Assembly (NCBI GenBank): GCA_041304525.1 | Contig: JBFYNF010000045.1 | Span: forward strand, 7,479 to 71,478 | Direction of reading: 5' to 3' | Source: Thermoplasmata archaeon | GTDB taxonomy: Archaea > Thermoplasmatota > Thermoplasmata > UBA10834 | DNA length: 64,000 bases | Part shown: one piece after another, positions 9,675 to 18,217 of the stretch | Position numbering within the stretch: the stretch's first letter is position 1 | Layout of the letters: each line of letters starts with the position of its first letter | Notes under the pieces: generated by a model | Database searches by the model: none | Told to the model about the DNA's origin: nothing | Seen by the model: only the letters and a program-made list of their open reading frames with translations | Position numbers and translations under genes: made by a program

Positions 9675-9713
9675 TTATCAGAGGAGAGGGCGTTCCCTCG
9701 CCCTCGGGACGAC

Positions 9714-10940
9714 ATGAGGGTAATCATCTACACGGGCAAGGGCGGGGTCGGGAAGACATCCGTCGCCGCCGCTACAGCGCTCAGGTCCGCCGCGCTCGGC
9801 CACAGGACGGTCGTGATAAGCACCGATGCGGCCCACAGCCTATCGGATTCTCTCGAGGTGCCTCTCTCAGGAACGCTGCAACGCATAGGCGAGAACCTCG
9901 ACGGCCTCGAGATCGACATACAGCTCGAGCTCGAGACCCGGTGGAAGGAGATACAGATCTACTTCTCCGACTTCCTGGCGTCCCAGGGCATGGACGGGGT
10001 CTCGGCGAAGGAGATGGCCGTGTTCCCGGGCATGGAGCTGATGTCCGCGCTCTTCTATGTCGAGGAGTTCCACAAGTCGAAGAGGTATGACGTGGTCGTC
10101 ATGGACACTGCCCCGACGGCCGATACTCTCAGGCTCCTGGCGTTCCCCGACATAGCGAACTGGTACTTCGACCACCTGTTCCACATGGTCAGGAACGTTC
10201 TCAAGATCGCGAGGGTCACGGTGGGCAGGATCGTCTCGACGCCACTGCCCTCCGACAAGTTCCTCGAAGACCTTGAGGAGCTGAGGGAGAGGCTCAGGTA
10301 CGTCCGGGACCTCCTGACGGACCCCGAGGTCACCTCCGTGAGGCTCGTCGTGAACCCCGAGAAGATGGTCATATCCGAGACTCAGCGGGCATATACATAC
10401 CTGTGCATGTACGGGTACACAGTCGAGAGCATCGTCATCAACAGGATCATGTCCGAGGACGTCACCGACCCGTTCTTCGCCGACAAGCTCGAGGAGCAGA
10501 GGGGGCACCTCAGGAGCATCGACGAGATGTTCTCGCCCCTGAAGGCCTTCAGGGCCGAGCTGATGCCGAGGGAGGTCCTGGGCAAGGCAGCCCTGGAGAG
10601 GCTGGCGGAAGAGCTGTTCGGCAAGGACGACCCCACGAAGGCGTACTCCCTTGAGTCGCCCATGAGAATCGAGTCCGGAGAGGGGGAGAACACGCTGGCC
10701 GTGAAGCTCCCGTTCGTGATGGACCAGAAACTAGAGCTATATACGCGCAAGGATGTTCTCGTACTGCAGCTGGGGGCGTTCAAGAAGTCCATCATCCTGC
10801 CATACGCGCTCGCGGGCAAGGAGCTCCTGGGGGCGGACATGGACGGGACCTGGCTGACCATCAGGTTCGAAGGTGAGGAAGTTGGGAGGAAGAAGGGAAA
10901 GAGGGACAGAGGCCGCAAAGCGGCTCGAAAGGCACCTTGA
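9714..10940 (+). CDS. ArsA/Get3-family anion-transporting ATPase homologue
   Basis: P-loop MRVIIYTGKGGVGKTSVAAA and the ArsA/Get3 signature VVMDTAPTADTLRLL; basic C-terminal tail. Confidence 0.85.
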   Translation: MRVIIYTGKGGVGKTSVAAATALRSAALGHRTVVISTDAAHSLSDSLEVPLSGTLQRIGENLDGLEIDIQLELETRWKEIQIYFSDFLASQGMDGVSAKEMAVFPGMELMSALFYVEEFHKSKRYDVVVMDTAPTADTLRLLAFPDIANWYFDHLFHMVRNVLKIARVTVGRIVSTPLPSDKFLEDLEELRERLRYVRDLLTDPEVTSVRLVVNPEKMVISETQRAYTYLCMYGYTVESIVINRIMSEDVTDPFFADKLEEQRGHLRSIDEMFSPLKAFRAELMPREVLGKAALERLAEELFGKDDPTKAYSLESPMRIESGEGENTLAVKLPFVMDQKLELYTRKDVLVLQLGAFKKSIILPYALAGKELLGADMDGTWLTIRFEGEEVGRKKGKRDRGRKAARKAP

Positions 10941-10974
10941 GGAGATCGTCTCCGAGGTCACGACCAAGGAGACC

Positions 10975-11202
10975 ATGACACACTTCGTGAACGCGGGCAT
11001 GGATGTGGTCCAGGCGGCCAACTCCGCGCTGAAGCACATCGATGTGCCCGAGGAGACCAAGCTCAGGATCCACAGGGCCGAGAAGGAGGTCCTCCTGGCG
11101 GCAAAGAGCTTCATCGACGCGGTCCTCACGGAGCTCGACAAGGAGATGCCCGAGCGCAAGGCCGCGCTCAAGAAGGTCGAGATCAAGCGGAAATCGAAGT
11201 AG
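10975..11202 (+). CDS. small alpha-helical hypothetical protein (about 75 aa)
   Basis: ATG at 10975 (the track ORF starts at 10873 inside the ArsA gene in another frame). Lys/Glu-rich predicted coiled coil; lies between ArsA and the ferredoxin-AOR pair. Confidence 0.35.
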   Translation: MTHFVNAGMDVVQAANSALKHIDVPEETKLRIHRAEKEVLLAAKSFIDAVLTELDKEMPERKAALKKVEIKRKSK

Positions 11203-11277
11203 CGCTCCGATATCATCGGGGTCGGGACGCACAACTTTTTTACACGTACCCCGTTACCGAGCACCGTCAAACCAGGG

Positions 11278-11739
11278 GTGTCTTACCGTATGGTAAAGAT
11301 GTTGGTTCCGTACCCGGACAAGTGCACGGGGTGCAGGTTCTGCGAGATGGCCTGCTCACTGTATCATGAAGGCAAGGTCAACCACGGCAGCGCGCGGCTG
11401 CAGGTCCACAGGAGGGATGTCAGGACCGACTTCCCAGCTGTGTGCACGCACTGCGTGTCGTGCGGGGAGGAATGTTGCGTCCTCCACTGCCCGGTCGAGG
11501 CGATCAAGAACGAGGACGGCATCGTCCGTGTCGAGGAGAGCGAGTGCACCGCGTGTGGCACCTGCGTCGAAGTGTGCCCGTTCGGAGTGATGCGCATGGA
11601 GGATGTGGCGTTCAAGTGCGACCTCTGCGGAGGGGACCCCACATGCGTCAAGTTCTGCCCGATGGGCGCCATCAAGTACGAGGAGCCGAAGCCCGAGCAG
11701 TACGAACTCGTCCGGAACCTGCTCAAGGAGGAGGAGTGA
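11278..11739 (+). CDS. 4Fe-4S ferredoxin-type protein (poly-cluster), likely AOR electron-transfer partner
   Basis: Four CxxCxxCxxxCP-like motifs (CTGCRFCEMAC; CTHCVSCGEECCVLHCP; CTACGTCVEVCP; CDLCGGDPTCVKFCP). Stop overlaps the AOR start region. Confidence 0.85.
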   Translation: MSYRMVKMLVPYPDKCTGCRFCEMACSLYHEGKVNHGSARLQVHRRDVRTDFPAVCTHCVSCGEECCVLHCPVEAIKNEDGIVRVEESECTACGTCVEVCPFGVMRMEDVAFKCDLCGGDPTCVKFCPMGAIKYEEPKPEQYELVRNLLKEEE

Positions 11740-11740
11740 C

Positions 11741-13570
11741 ATGAAGGGATATGCAGGCAGGATCTTGAAGGTCGATCTCTCCACTGGGAAGAGCTCCATC
11801 AAGACCATCGACGAGAAGTACGCCAGGAAGTACCTGGGAGGCCAGGGCTTCGCGGTAGAAATTGTCTATCACAACGTGCCCGAGGGCGCGGACGCGCTCT
11901 CGCCCGAGAACGTGCTCGCGATGGCGCCCGGACTGTTCGCAGGCTACCCCGTCCCCACGGGCGGGAAGACCGCGTTCGCGGGCAAGTCGCCGGCGACCAA
12001 CACGCTCGCGGAGAGCATCATGGGAGGCTCCATAGGGGCCGAGCTGAGACACGCGGGGTATGACGCGCTCGAGGTCCACGGGAAGGCTGAGAAGCCCGTG
12101 TACCTGTTCATAAACGACGACGAGGTCGAGGTCAACGAGGCCGACGACCTATGGGGCAAGGACACGAGGGTCACGCCGGAGACGCTCAAGAAACGCCACG
12201 GCTGGGATGTCAAGGTCGCGTGCATAGGCGTCGCTGGCGAGAAGCTGGTCAGGATGGCGTGCATCGACTGCGACGACAGGCAGTCCGGCAGGGCCGGGCT
12301 CGGGGCCGTCATGGGCTCCAAGAACCTCAAGGCGGTCGTCGTCAGGGGCACAAAGGACCTGGAGCCGGCAGACCCAGGCGCGCTCCTCGAGATAGCCCTC
12401 AGATATCAGAAGATCATGGAGGCCGCGCCCTCGTTCATAGAGGACACGAAGTACGGCACCGGCGAGTTCCTGGGCTGGATCAACAAGGAGAAGGGAGTGT
12501 TCCCGACAAGGAACTGGCAAGAGAGCGTCTTCAAGGAGAGGGAACAGATCGACCCATACTATTGGGCGACCAGGTACGTGACGAAGAACAAGGCGTGCTT
12601 CGCCTGCACCAAGCCCTGCGGCAAGCTGTTCGAGGTGAAGGACGGCAAGTTCGCGGGGGTGGTCATCGACGGGCTCGAGTACGAGACCCTGTACTCTCTG
12701 GGCAGCAGCTGCGGCAACGCGAGCATCGAATCCGTCGCCAGGGCGAACGAGGTCTGTGACCTCGTGGGCATAGACACCATATCCGCTGGTGTCACCATCG
12801 GCTTCGCGATGGAGCTCATCCAGAGGGGCATCCTGACGGAGCAGGAGGTCGGCATGAAGCTCACGTGGGACAACGCCGCGGACGCGGTGCCCAAGATGTG
12901 CGAGATGATGGGTAACCGCGAAGGCTTCGGCGACGTCCTCTCGGAAGGCGTGAAGAGAGCCTCGGAGAAGATAGGCAGAGGCTCCGCGAGGTACGCGATA
13001 CACACGAAGGGCATGGAGCCTCCAGCGTACGATGTCAGGGGCATGAAGGGCCACGGGCTGTCGTTCATGACGTCTACCAGGGGTGCGTGCCACCTGAGGG
13101 CAGGGTTCTACGCCCCCGAGCTCGTGGGCAAGTTCTGGCGCTGGGAGGGCATCGACAGGTTCTCGACCGAGGGCAAGGGCGAGAAGGTCGCCACCATGGA
13201 GAACTTCATGTGCGTGTACGACTCGATCGGCCTGTGCAAGTTCTCGAGGGGCTTCTTCCTCATAGACAAGCTGAGGGAGGTCATCAAGGCCATCACAGGG
13301 CTGGAGTTCACCGAGGACGAGCTGCTCAGGACCGGCGAGAGGATACACACCATGAAGGGCAACTTCAACGTGCTCCAGGGCATCACCAGGAAGGACTGGC
13401 TCCTCCCACCCAGGATACTCGAGGACCCGATCCCGGACGGACCATCCAAGGGTTCCAAGATCAGCGTCGAGGAGATGAACAGGATGCTCGACGACTACAT
13501 GACCTTCAGGAAGTGGACGGCAGACGGGGTCCCCACCCCTGAGAAGCTGAAGGAGCTGGAGATAGCCTAG
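11741..13570 (+). CDS. aor: tungsten-containing aldehyde:ferredoxin oxidoreductase (AOR family)
   Basis: N-terminus MKGYAGRILKVDLSTGK is the classic AOR start. Conserved AOR blocks are present throughout. RBS GGAGGAGGAG upstream. The track ORF begins earlier at 11603 but overlaps the ferredoxin gene. Confidence 0.9.
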   Translation: MKGYAGRILKVDLSTGKSSIKTIDEKYARKYLGGQGFAVEIVYHNVPEGADALSPENVLAMAPGLFAGYPVPTGGKTAFAGKSPATNTLAESIMGGSIGAELRHAGYDALEVHGKAEKPVYLFINDDEVEVNEADDLWGKDTRVTPETLKKRHGWDVKVACIGVAGEKLVRMACIDCDDRQSGRAGLGAVMGSKNLKAVVVRGTKDLEPADPGALLEIALRYQKIMEAAPSFIEDTKYGTGEFLGWINKEKGVFPTRNWQESVFKEREQIDPYYWATRYVTKNKACFACTKPCGKLFEVKDGKFAGVVIDGLEYETLYSLGSSCGNASIESVARANEVCDLVGIDTISAGVTIGFAMELIQRGILTEQEVGMKLTWDNAADAVPKMCEMMGNREGFGDVLSEGVKRASEKIGRGSARYAIHTKGMEPPAYDVRGMKGHGLSFMTSTRGACHLRAGFYAPELVGKFWRWEGIDRFSTEGKGEKVATMENFMCVYDSIGLCKFSRGFFLIDKLREVIKAITGLEFTEDELLRTGERIHTMKGNFNVLQGITRKDWLLPPRILEDPIPDGPSKGSKISVEEMNRMLDDYMTFRKWTADGVPTPEKLKELEIA

Positions 13571-13641
13571 GCACCCGCTGAGAAACCCCTTCCAGAAACC
13601 CATTACAATCATTCTGTCCGCTGTGCGACCAGGCCCGCGCT

Positions 13642-14037
13642 CTAGATCATCCTGATCGTGTCGGCGAGCTTCAGAAGCTCCCCCTTCGCGGCCGATGGAT
13701 CCACCCTGCTCGGGAGGACCGTGACGATCAGAGCCTTGCGGCCGGCGCCCACGACGAGCATCTTGGCGTCCTCACTCTCGACCAGGACACTCTGGGGCGT
13801 GCCGACTCTCAGCTCCGAGTTTGCGGTTGAGGCGGCGCCTATGAGCGTCGCGCACATGATCGCGAAGGTGTCCATTGACACGCCTTCCGGCAGGTCAGCA
13901 GCTATGACGAGGCCGTCCCTGCTTATGATGGCCGATGCGATGGACCCGCAGTTCTGTCTGAGGGCCCTCAAGGCCGGTTTGAGTTCCAATTCAATTCCCT
14001 CCGAGAGGTTCGACCCTGAACACGCAGTGCTTGTCAC
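13642..14037 (-). CDS. Roadblock/LC7 (MglB-like) domain protein
   Basis: ISRDGLVIAADLP ... AKMLVVGAGRKALIVTVLP matches the Roadblock/LC7 core. It overlaps the end of the upstream V4R gene, so the true start is probably a little downstream. Confidence 0.6.
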   Translation of the reverse strand: MTSTACSGSNLSEGIELELKPALRALRQNCGSIASAIISRDGLVIAADLPEGVSMDTFAIMCATLIGAASTANSELRVGTPQSVLVESEDAKMLVVGAGRKALIVTVLPSRVDPSAAKGELLKLADTIRMI

Positions 14038-14476
14038 CCTTGCTGATGCACTCTATCTCCTCGCAGTGGAGACGCCTGTGGCCCTTGGCCTCGTAGACCC
14101 TCTTGACGATACCCCTGAGCCTGTGGCAGGTCGGGACATCCGACTGAGTGGCCTCGATCGAGCCCTCCGCGACGGCGGTGGCCTCCTCGAAGACGATGTT
14201 GTCGACCCATCCCCTCGCCCTCAGCAGGTTGGCGCATATCTCGAAGTACTTCTCGGGCTCCTGCAGAGCGATCTTGGAGATCTCGTCCCCGAGTATCATG
14301 CCCTCCCGGAAGAAGAGGCCGTAGCACGCCTGAGACATCACGCCCTCGTAGAGCTTGCGTATCTCCTCGTACTCGGACTGGGAGAGCTTAACGAACTTCA
14401 TCGTAACCGCTCGTGGATTCGTATGGATGATATTTAAGGTTTGGCGCATGGCCGTCGAGCCAGGCAACCCATGCAC
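13991..14476 (-). CDS. V4R (4-vinyl reductase-like) domain protein
   Basis: C-terminal HCEEIECISKGDKHCVFRV fits the V4R E..C...Gd..C.F motif. Start at 14476 has GGAGGAAG 5 nt upstream; alternative ATG at 14401. Confidence 0.55.
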   Translation of the reverse strand: MHGLPGSTAMRQTLNIIHTNPRAVTMKFVKLSQSEYEEIRKLYEGVMSQACYGLFFREGMILGDEISKIALQEPEKYFEICANLLRARGWVDNIVFEEATAVAEGSIEATQSDVPTCHRLRGIVKRVYEAKGHRRLHCEEIECISKGDKHCVFRVEPLGGN

Positions 14477-14508
14477 TTCCTCCGACGAAATCGTGTTGAA
14501 AAGTCTTT

Positions 14509-15162
14509 ATGTCTGATACTCGATTGCGCAGGAAGATTGCGATGTTCTCTGACGAAGACGGCCGACTGGCGGTCAATGCCGCAAGGGCCGTCGTAGAGTG
14601 CCACGTGAAGAAGGAGAAGGCCCCGAAGCTCGGCCTCCCGAGCGGTTTCAAGAACAAGTCAGGGGTGTTCGTGACCCTCACGACCCATCCTGGAGGGGAC
14701 CTGAGGGGATGCATAGGGTATCCAGAGCCACTCCTCGCGCTTGAAGAGGCGCTCAGGGACTCGGCCATCAGCGCATGCTCGCGGGACCCGCGGTTCCCGC
14801 CCGTGAAACCCTCGGAACTGGACGGGATCAAGGTCGAGGTTAGCCTGCTGACGCCACCGGAGGAGATCATCGTCAAGAAGCGCACGGAGTACCCGAAACA
14901 CATCAAGGTCGGGGACGACGGCCTCATAGTGCAAAGGGGTTGGAACCGCGGCCTGCTTCTGCCGCAGGTGCCCGTGGAATGGGGATGGGACCCTGAGGAG
15001 TTCCTCTCGCAGACCTGCCTGAAGGCAGGGCTCACGCCAGACACATGGCTCCAGGAAGGCACGAAGGTTTTCAAGTTCCAGGCGGAGGTCTTCTCGGAGG
15101 AGGAGCCCCGCGGAGAGGTCAAGCGAAGGAGTCTGGATGAGGAGCATGGAGCTTGTCATTGA
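14509..15162 (+). CDS. AMMECR1-domain protein
   Basis: Conserved LRGCIGYPEP and the surrounding AMMECR1 core; length about 217 aa. Confidence 0.8.
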   Translation: MSDTRLRRKIAMFSDEDGRLAVNAARAVVECHVKKEKAPKLGLPSGFKNKSGVFVTLTTHPGGDLRGCIGYPEPLLALEEALRDSAISACSRDPRFPPVKPSELDGIKVEVSLLTPPEEIIVKKRTEYPKHIKVGDDGLIVQRGWNRGLLLPQVPVEWGWDPEEFLSQTCLKAGLTPDTWLQEGTKVFKFQAEVFSEEEPRGEVKRRSLDEEHGACH

Positions 15163-16411
15163 GGGCGAGTGTTACATATCCGGCCGCTTCGAGAGGGCGT
15201 GCATCGGGATAGACGGTGGCAGAATATCCGCCATCGCGAGGAACCTCGAGGGTGACCGACGGATTGACTTCGGCAGCAGGAAGATATTGCCCGCAGCCAT
15301 CGATTCGCACGTGCACTTCAGAGAACCTGGCATGACCCACAAGGAGGACTTCGGCTCCGGCTCATTGGCAGCGCTCCACGGAGGAGTGAGCTGCGTCCTG
15401 GACATGCCCAACACAATCCCTCCGACGACCACCTCGTCCGCGCTCACTGAGAAGGCCGAGATCGCGGCGTCGAAGTCCTTGGTCGATTACGGGTTCTTCG
15501 CAGCTGTGAGGCCAGGGGTCGACATAGCCGGGCTTGCCCCGAGGGTCGCGGGCTTCAAACTGTACATGGCAGGGACCACCGGGGACCTCCTGGTGCCGTC
15601 TCTCGCTTCAGTCGAACGTGAAATAGCCGAGGTGGCCAGGTCAGGGAAGGTCCTCGCGGTGCACGCGGAGGACGAGAGCCTGAGGCACAAGAACCTGGCG
15701 AAGAACCTGAGCGACCACCTGAGGAACAGGGGCAACGACTGCGAGGTCAGCGCGATCCGGAAGGTCGCGAAGAGTGGCGAAGGGTGCAGGCTGCACATAT
15801 GCCATGTCTCGTCGAAAGACTCGTTGTCGCTTGCCCTGGGTCAGCCCAACATGACCGCCGAGGTGACCCCGCACCATGTCCTGCTCGACAGGGACCGGCC
15901 GCTCGGTACGTACGGGAAGGTCAACCCCCCCCTTCGCACAAGGGCGGACAGACAGGCGTTGTTCCTGGCGTTCAAGCAGGGCAGGTTCGACACCATGGCC
16001 TCGGACCATGCGCCCCACACGATCGACGAGAAGAAGGAGGATTTCGATTTCGCGCCTAGCGGCATGCCAGGCGTGGAGACCATGTTCCCAATCATGCTGC
16101 AACATGTCCGAGACCGACATCTCGCGTTGGCGACGGTCGTCAAGGCACTCTGCGAGAGACCAGGTGAGATATTCGGCATCAATAAGGGCAGGATAGACAT
16201 CGGGTACGATGCGGACCTCGTCGTCGTCGATTTCATGGATGGGCGCGATGTCAGGGCCGACGACCTGTACTCCAAATGCGGCTGGACAGCGTTCGAAGGT
16301 ATTCCAGCCGTGTTCCCCAGGGCCGTCATGGTCCGAGGGGAGCTGGTCATGAAGGACGAGGAGCAGGCCGGTGAGTTCCGGGGCAGGGACGTTGTGACCC
16401 ATGGACGATGA
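15137..16411 (+). CDS. pyrC: dihydroorotase (cyclic amidohydrolase family)
   Basis: Metal-binding DSHVHFREPG near the N-terminus, plus the later KLYMAG..AVHAED and ..DHAPHT.. blocks typical of DHOase. RBS AAGGAG 4 nt upstream. Confidence 0.85.
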   Translation: MRSMELVIEGECYISGRFERACIGIDGGRISAIARNLEGDRRIDFGSRKILPAAIDSHVHFREPGMTHKEDFGSGSLAALHGGVSCVLDMPNTIPPTTTSSALTEKAEIAASKSLVDYGFFAAVRPGVDIAGLAPRVAGFKLYMAGTTGDLLVPSLASVEREIAEVARSGKVLAVHAEDESLRHKNLAKNLSDHLRNRGNDCEVSAIRKVAKSGEGCRLHICHVSSKDSLSLALGQPNMTAEVTPHHVLLDRDRPLGTYGKVNPPLRTRADRQALFLAFKQGRFDTMASDHAPHTIDEKKEDFDFAPSGMPGVETMFPIMLQHVRDRHLALATVVKALCERPGEIFGINKGRIDIGYDADLVVVDFMDGRDVRADDLYSKCGWTAFEGIPAVFPRAVMVRGELVMKDEEQAGEFRGRDVVTHGR

Positions 16412-17552
16412 CATGATCGAAACCGACCTCTCGGATCTCGGGGGGCTCACATACACATGCATAGACGGTTGCGCGCTCTGCTGTCTTTGCCAACCAGAGC
16501 TGCTCCCGGACGAGGAGAAGTTGTTCAGAAGCGACCCGACACTCTCCCAGGGTCTCGCCGACAAGCACATCTCGCCAGATGTGACGGGCGCTGCCATCAA
16601 GCTTCAGGGAGCTCACGGCGCATGCCACTTCCTCAGACAACGAAGGTGCGCGATATACACCAGACGTCCGCACTACTGTAGGGCGTTCCCAATCAGCGTG
16701 TATGCAGGCTGGCGCATCCAGATGAACGCGAACCAGTCCTGCAGGGGCATCGGACTAGCGGGGGAGGATATGATGGAGGCCGGCAAGGCCTTGCTCGCAC
16801 GATATGGCGAGAGCGAACTCATGGACGAACTCCGAGGTTCCAGGGAGGTGTTTGCCGAGTTCTCGGACAACACGAGGGACGCCAAGGTCGCACAGTCCGT
16901 CCCCTCCCTGAGAGATGCGGCAGGCGCGCTCATGGACGACCTCACGGAAGAGTTGGGCCTGAGCAGGATATTGACCTATGCGGAATCTGGGAGCACCCGG
17001 CAAAACTCCTCCGCGCAGGATATCGCCAGGAGGGCCAGGAGCTCAGAGCCAGAAGTTGACGTGCAGGACCTCGGAGTCTCGATTGGGACGGAGTTGTTCG
17101 ACCTACCTGACCTGAGCTACCTACCAGTCTACGTGGCCGAAGACCTGACATGGAAGATATTCAAGCTCGTCGGGGACGACGTCGTCGGATTCGTCCTCCA
17201 CGAGGACGGCAGGACCGAGGAGTTCTCCAGGACCGCACCCTCAGACGTTACGTTGATGTCACTGACGGCCGGAGGGAGGAAGGTTTTCGAGGAGTACTTG
17301 AGGACAGTCAACCAGAGGGATTGCTTCATCGGACACGCCGCGCACCTGCTGGACCTCGAGGACTACTCATTCAGCTATGCACAGGCGTATCTGGGAGCCA
17401 TCGGGAACGCCGCGGTGGATCTATGGTGGCGCTCGTCGTTCCTCGCCCGTCAGCGTGGAGAGGTGACGCTGGACCAGCATGGAGTCAGGGAGGGCATCAT
17501 CTTCTTCGACATGGACCTGCTGGACCAGCCGACGATCGGCGCCTTCCTATGA
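16401..17552 (+). CDS. protein with N-terminal YkgJ-like CxxxCxxCC putative Fe/Zn-chelating domain and a 280-aa uncharacterised C-terminal region
   Basis: CIDGCALCCLCQ followed by HGACHFLRQRRCAIY...YCRAFP resembles the UPF0153/YkgJ cysteine cluster. Confidence 0.55.
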   Translation: MDDDMIETDLSDLGGLTYTCIDGCALCCLCQPELLPDEEKLFRSDPTLSQGLADKHISPDVTGAAIKLQGAHGACHFLRQRRCAIYTRRPHYCRAFPISVYAGWRIQMNANQSCRGIGLAGEDMMEAGKALLARYGESELMDELRGSREVFAEFSDNTRDAKVAQSVPSLRDAAGALMDDLTEELGLSRILTYAESGSTRQNSSAQDIARRARSSEPEVDVQDLGVSIGTELFDLPDLSYLPVYVAEDLTWKIFKLVGDDVVGFVLHEDGRTEEFSRTAPSDVTLMSLTAGGRKVFEEYLRTVNQRDCFIGHAAHLLDLEDYSFSYAQAYLGAIGNAAVDLWWRSSFLARQRGEVTLDQHGVREGIIFFDMDLLDQPTIGAFL

Positions 17553-17643
17553 TGTACCCCGTTGACAGGCTCCGGTCTGACCAAACGAACTGATGGACAC
17601 ATTCGTACATTGCATGAGGGCAGGGTCGTGACACGTCGTTCGA

Positions 17644-18204
17644 TTGGCGTTCTATTCGAGGATGACCCAACGAAAGCGTTATCTATCCGATTTTCATGTT
17701 ACCTTTTCGAACGTTTTAGAGGGGGCACCTTCGTTGGACAAACCGGACCCGGTCACGCTGGACAAGAGCGACAGGATCATATTGAAAATGCTTCAGGATG
17801 ACTGTAACATAAGCCTGAAGAAGATCGGCGAGAAGACGGGACTATCCTCGTCCACAGTCCACTACAGGGTCAACAGACTGATCGAGGAAGGGGTCATCAC
17901 CGGGTTCAAGGCATGTGTCAACCCCCTGAAGGTGGGGAAGGAGATACTGGCCATCTCGCTGATCACTGGCAGGTACGGTCCCGACTACTCCAAGAAGATA
18001 GGCGAGAAGATATCGAAGATCCCCGGCGTTTGGGCGACGTACTTCCTCCTGGGGAACATCGACTTCGCCATCCTGCTCAGGGCGTCTTCCAGAGAGGAAC
18101 TCAAGGACATAGTGGACGCATTCATCAGGATCGACGAGGTTGAGCGCAGCAACACATACCTCATACTGGACAGGATCAAGGAAGATATCACAGTGCAGCT
18201 GTAG
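17644..18204 (+). CDS. Lrp/AsnC-family transcriptional regulator
   Basis: HTH region DRIILKMLQDDCNISLKKIGEKTGLSSSTVHYRVNRLIEEGVI plus a C-terminal RAM-like domain. True start is probably downstream (TTG near 17735), giving about 156 aa. Confidence 0.8.
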   Translation: MAFYSRMTQRKRYLSDFHVTFSNVLEGAPSLDKPDPVTLDKSDRIILKMLQDDCNISLKKIGEKTGLSSSTVHYRVNRLIEEGVITGFKACVNPLKVGKEILAISLITGRYGPDYSKKIGEKISKIPGVWATYFLLGNIDFAILLRASSREELKDIVDAFIRIDEVERSNTYLILDRIKEDITVQL

Positions 18205-18217
18205 TCCAGCAGGCTGG

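Noticed and set aside
9040-9675. 211-aa minus-strand ORF covering the S3Ae 3' end and the tRNA-Met
   Set aside because: Overlaps a well-folded tRNA and a ribosomal protein gene. Ser/Gly/Ala-rich translation.
11603-11740. N-terminal extension of AOR given by the ORF track (start 11603)
   Set aside because: Overlaps the ferredoxin gene out of frame. The canonical AOR N-terminus MKGYAGRIL begins at ATG 11741 with a GGAGGAGGAG RBS.
12149-13612. 487-aa minus-strand ORF antisense to AOR
   Set aside because: AOR on the plus strand has unmistakable family motifs. The antisense ORF is low-complexity (R/L/P/G-rich) with no start context.
15641-16600. 319-aa minus-strand ORF antisense to pyrC
   Set aside because: pyrC motifs on the plus strand are definitive. 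The antisense frame is an artefact.
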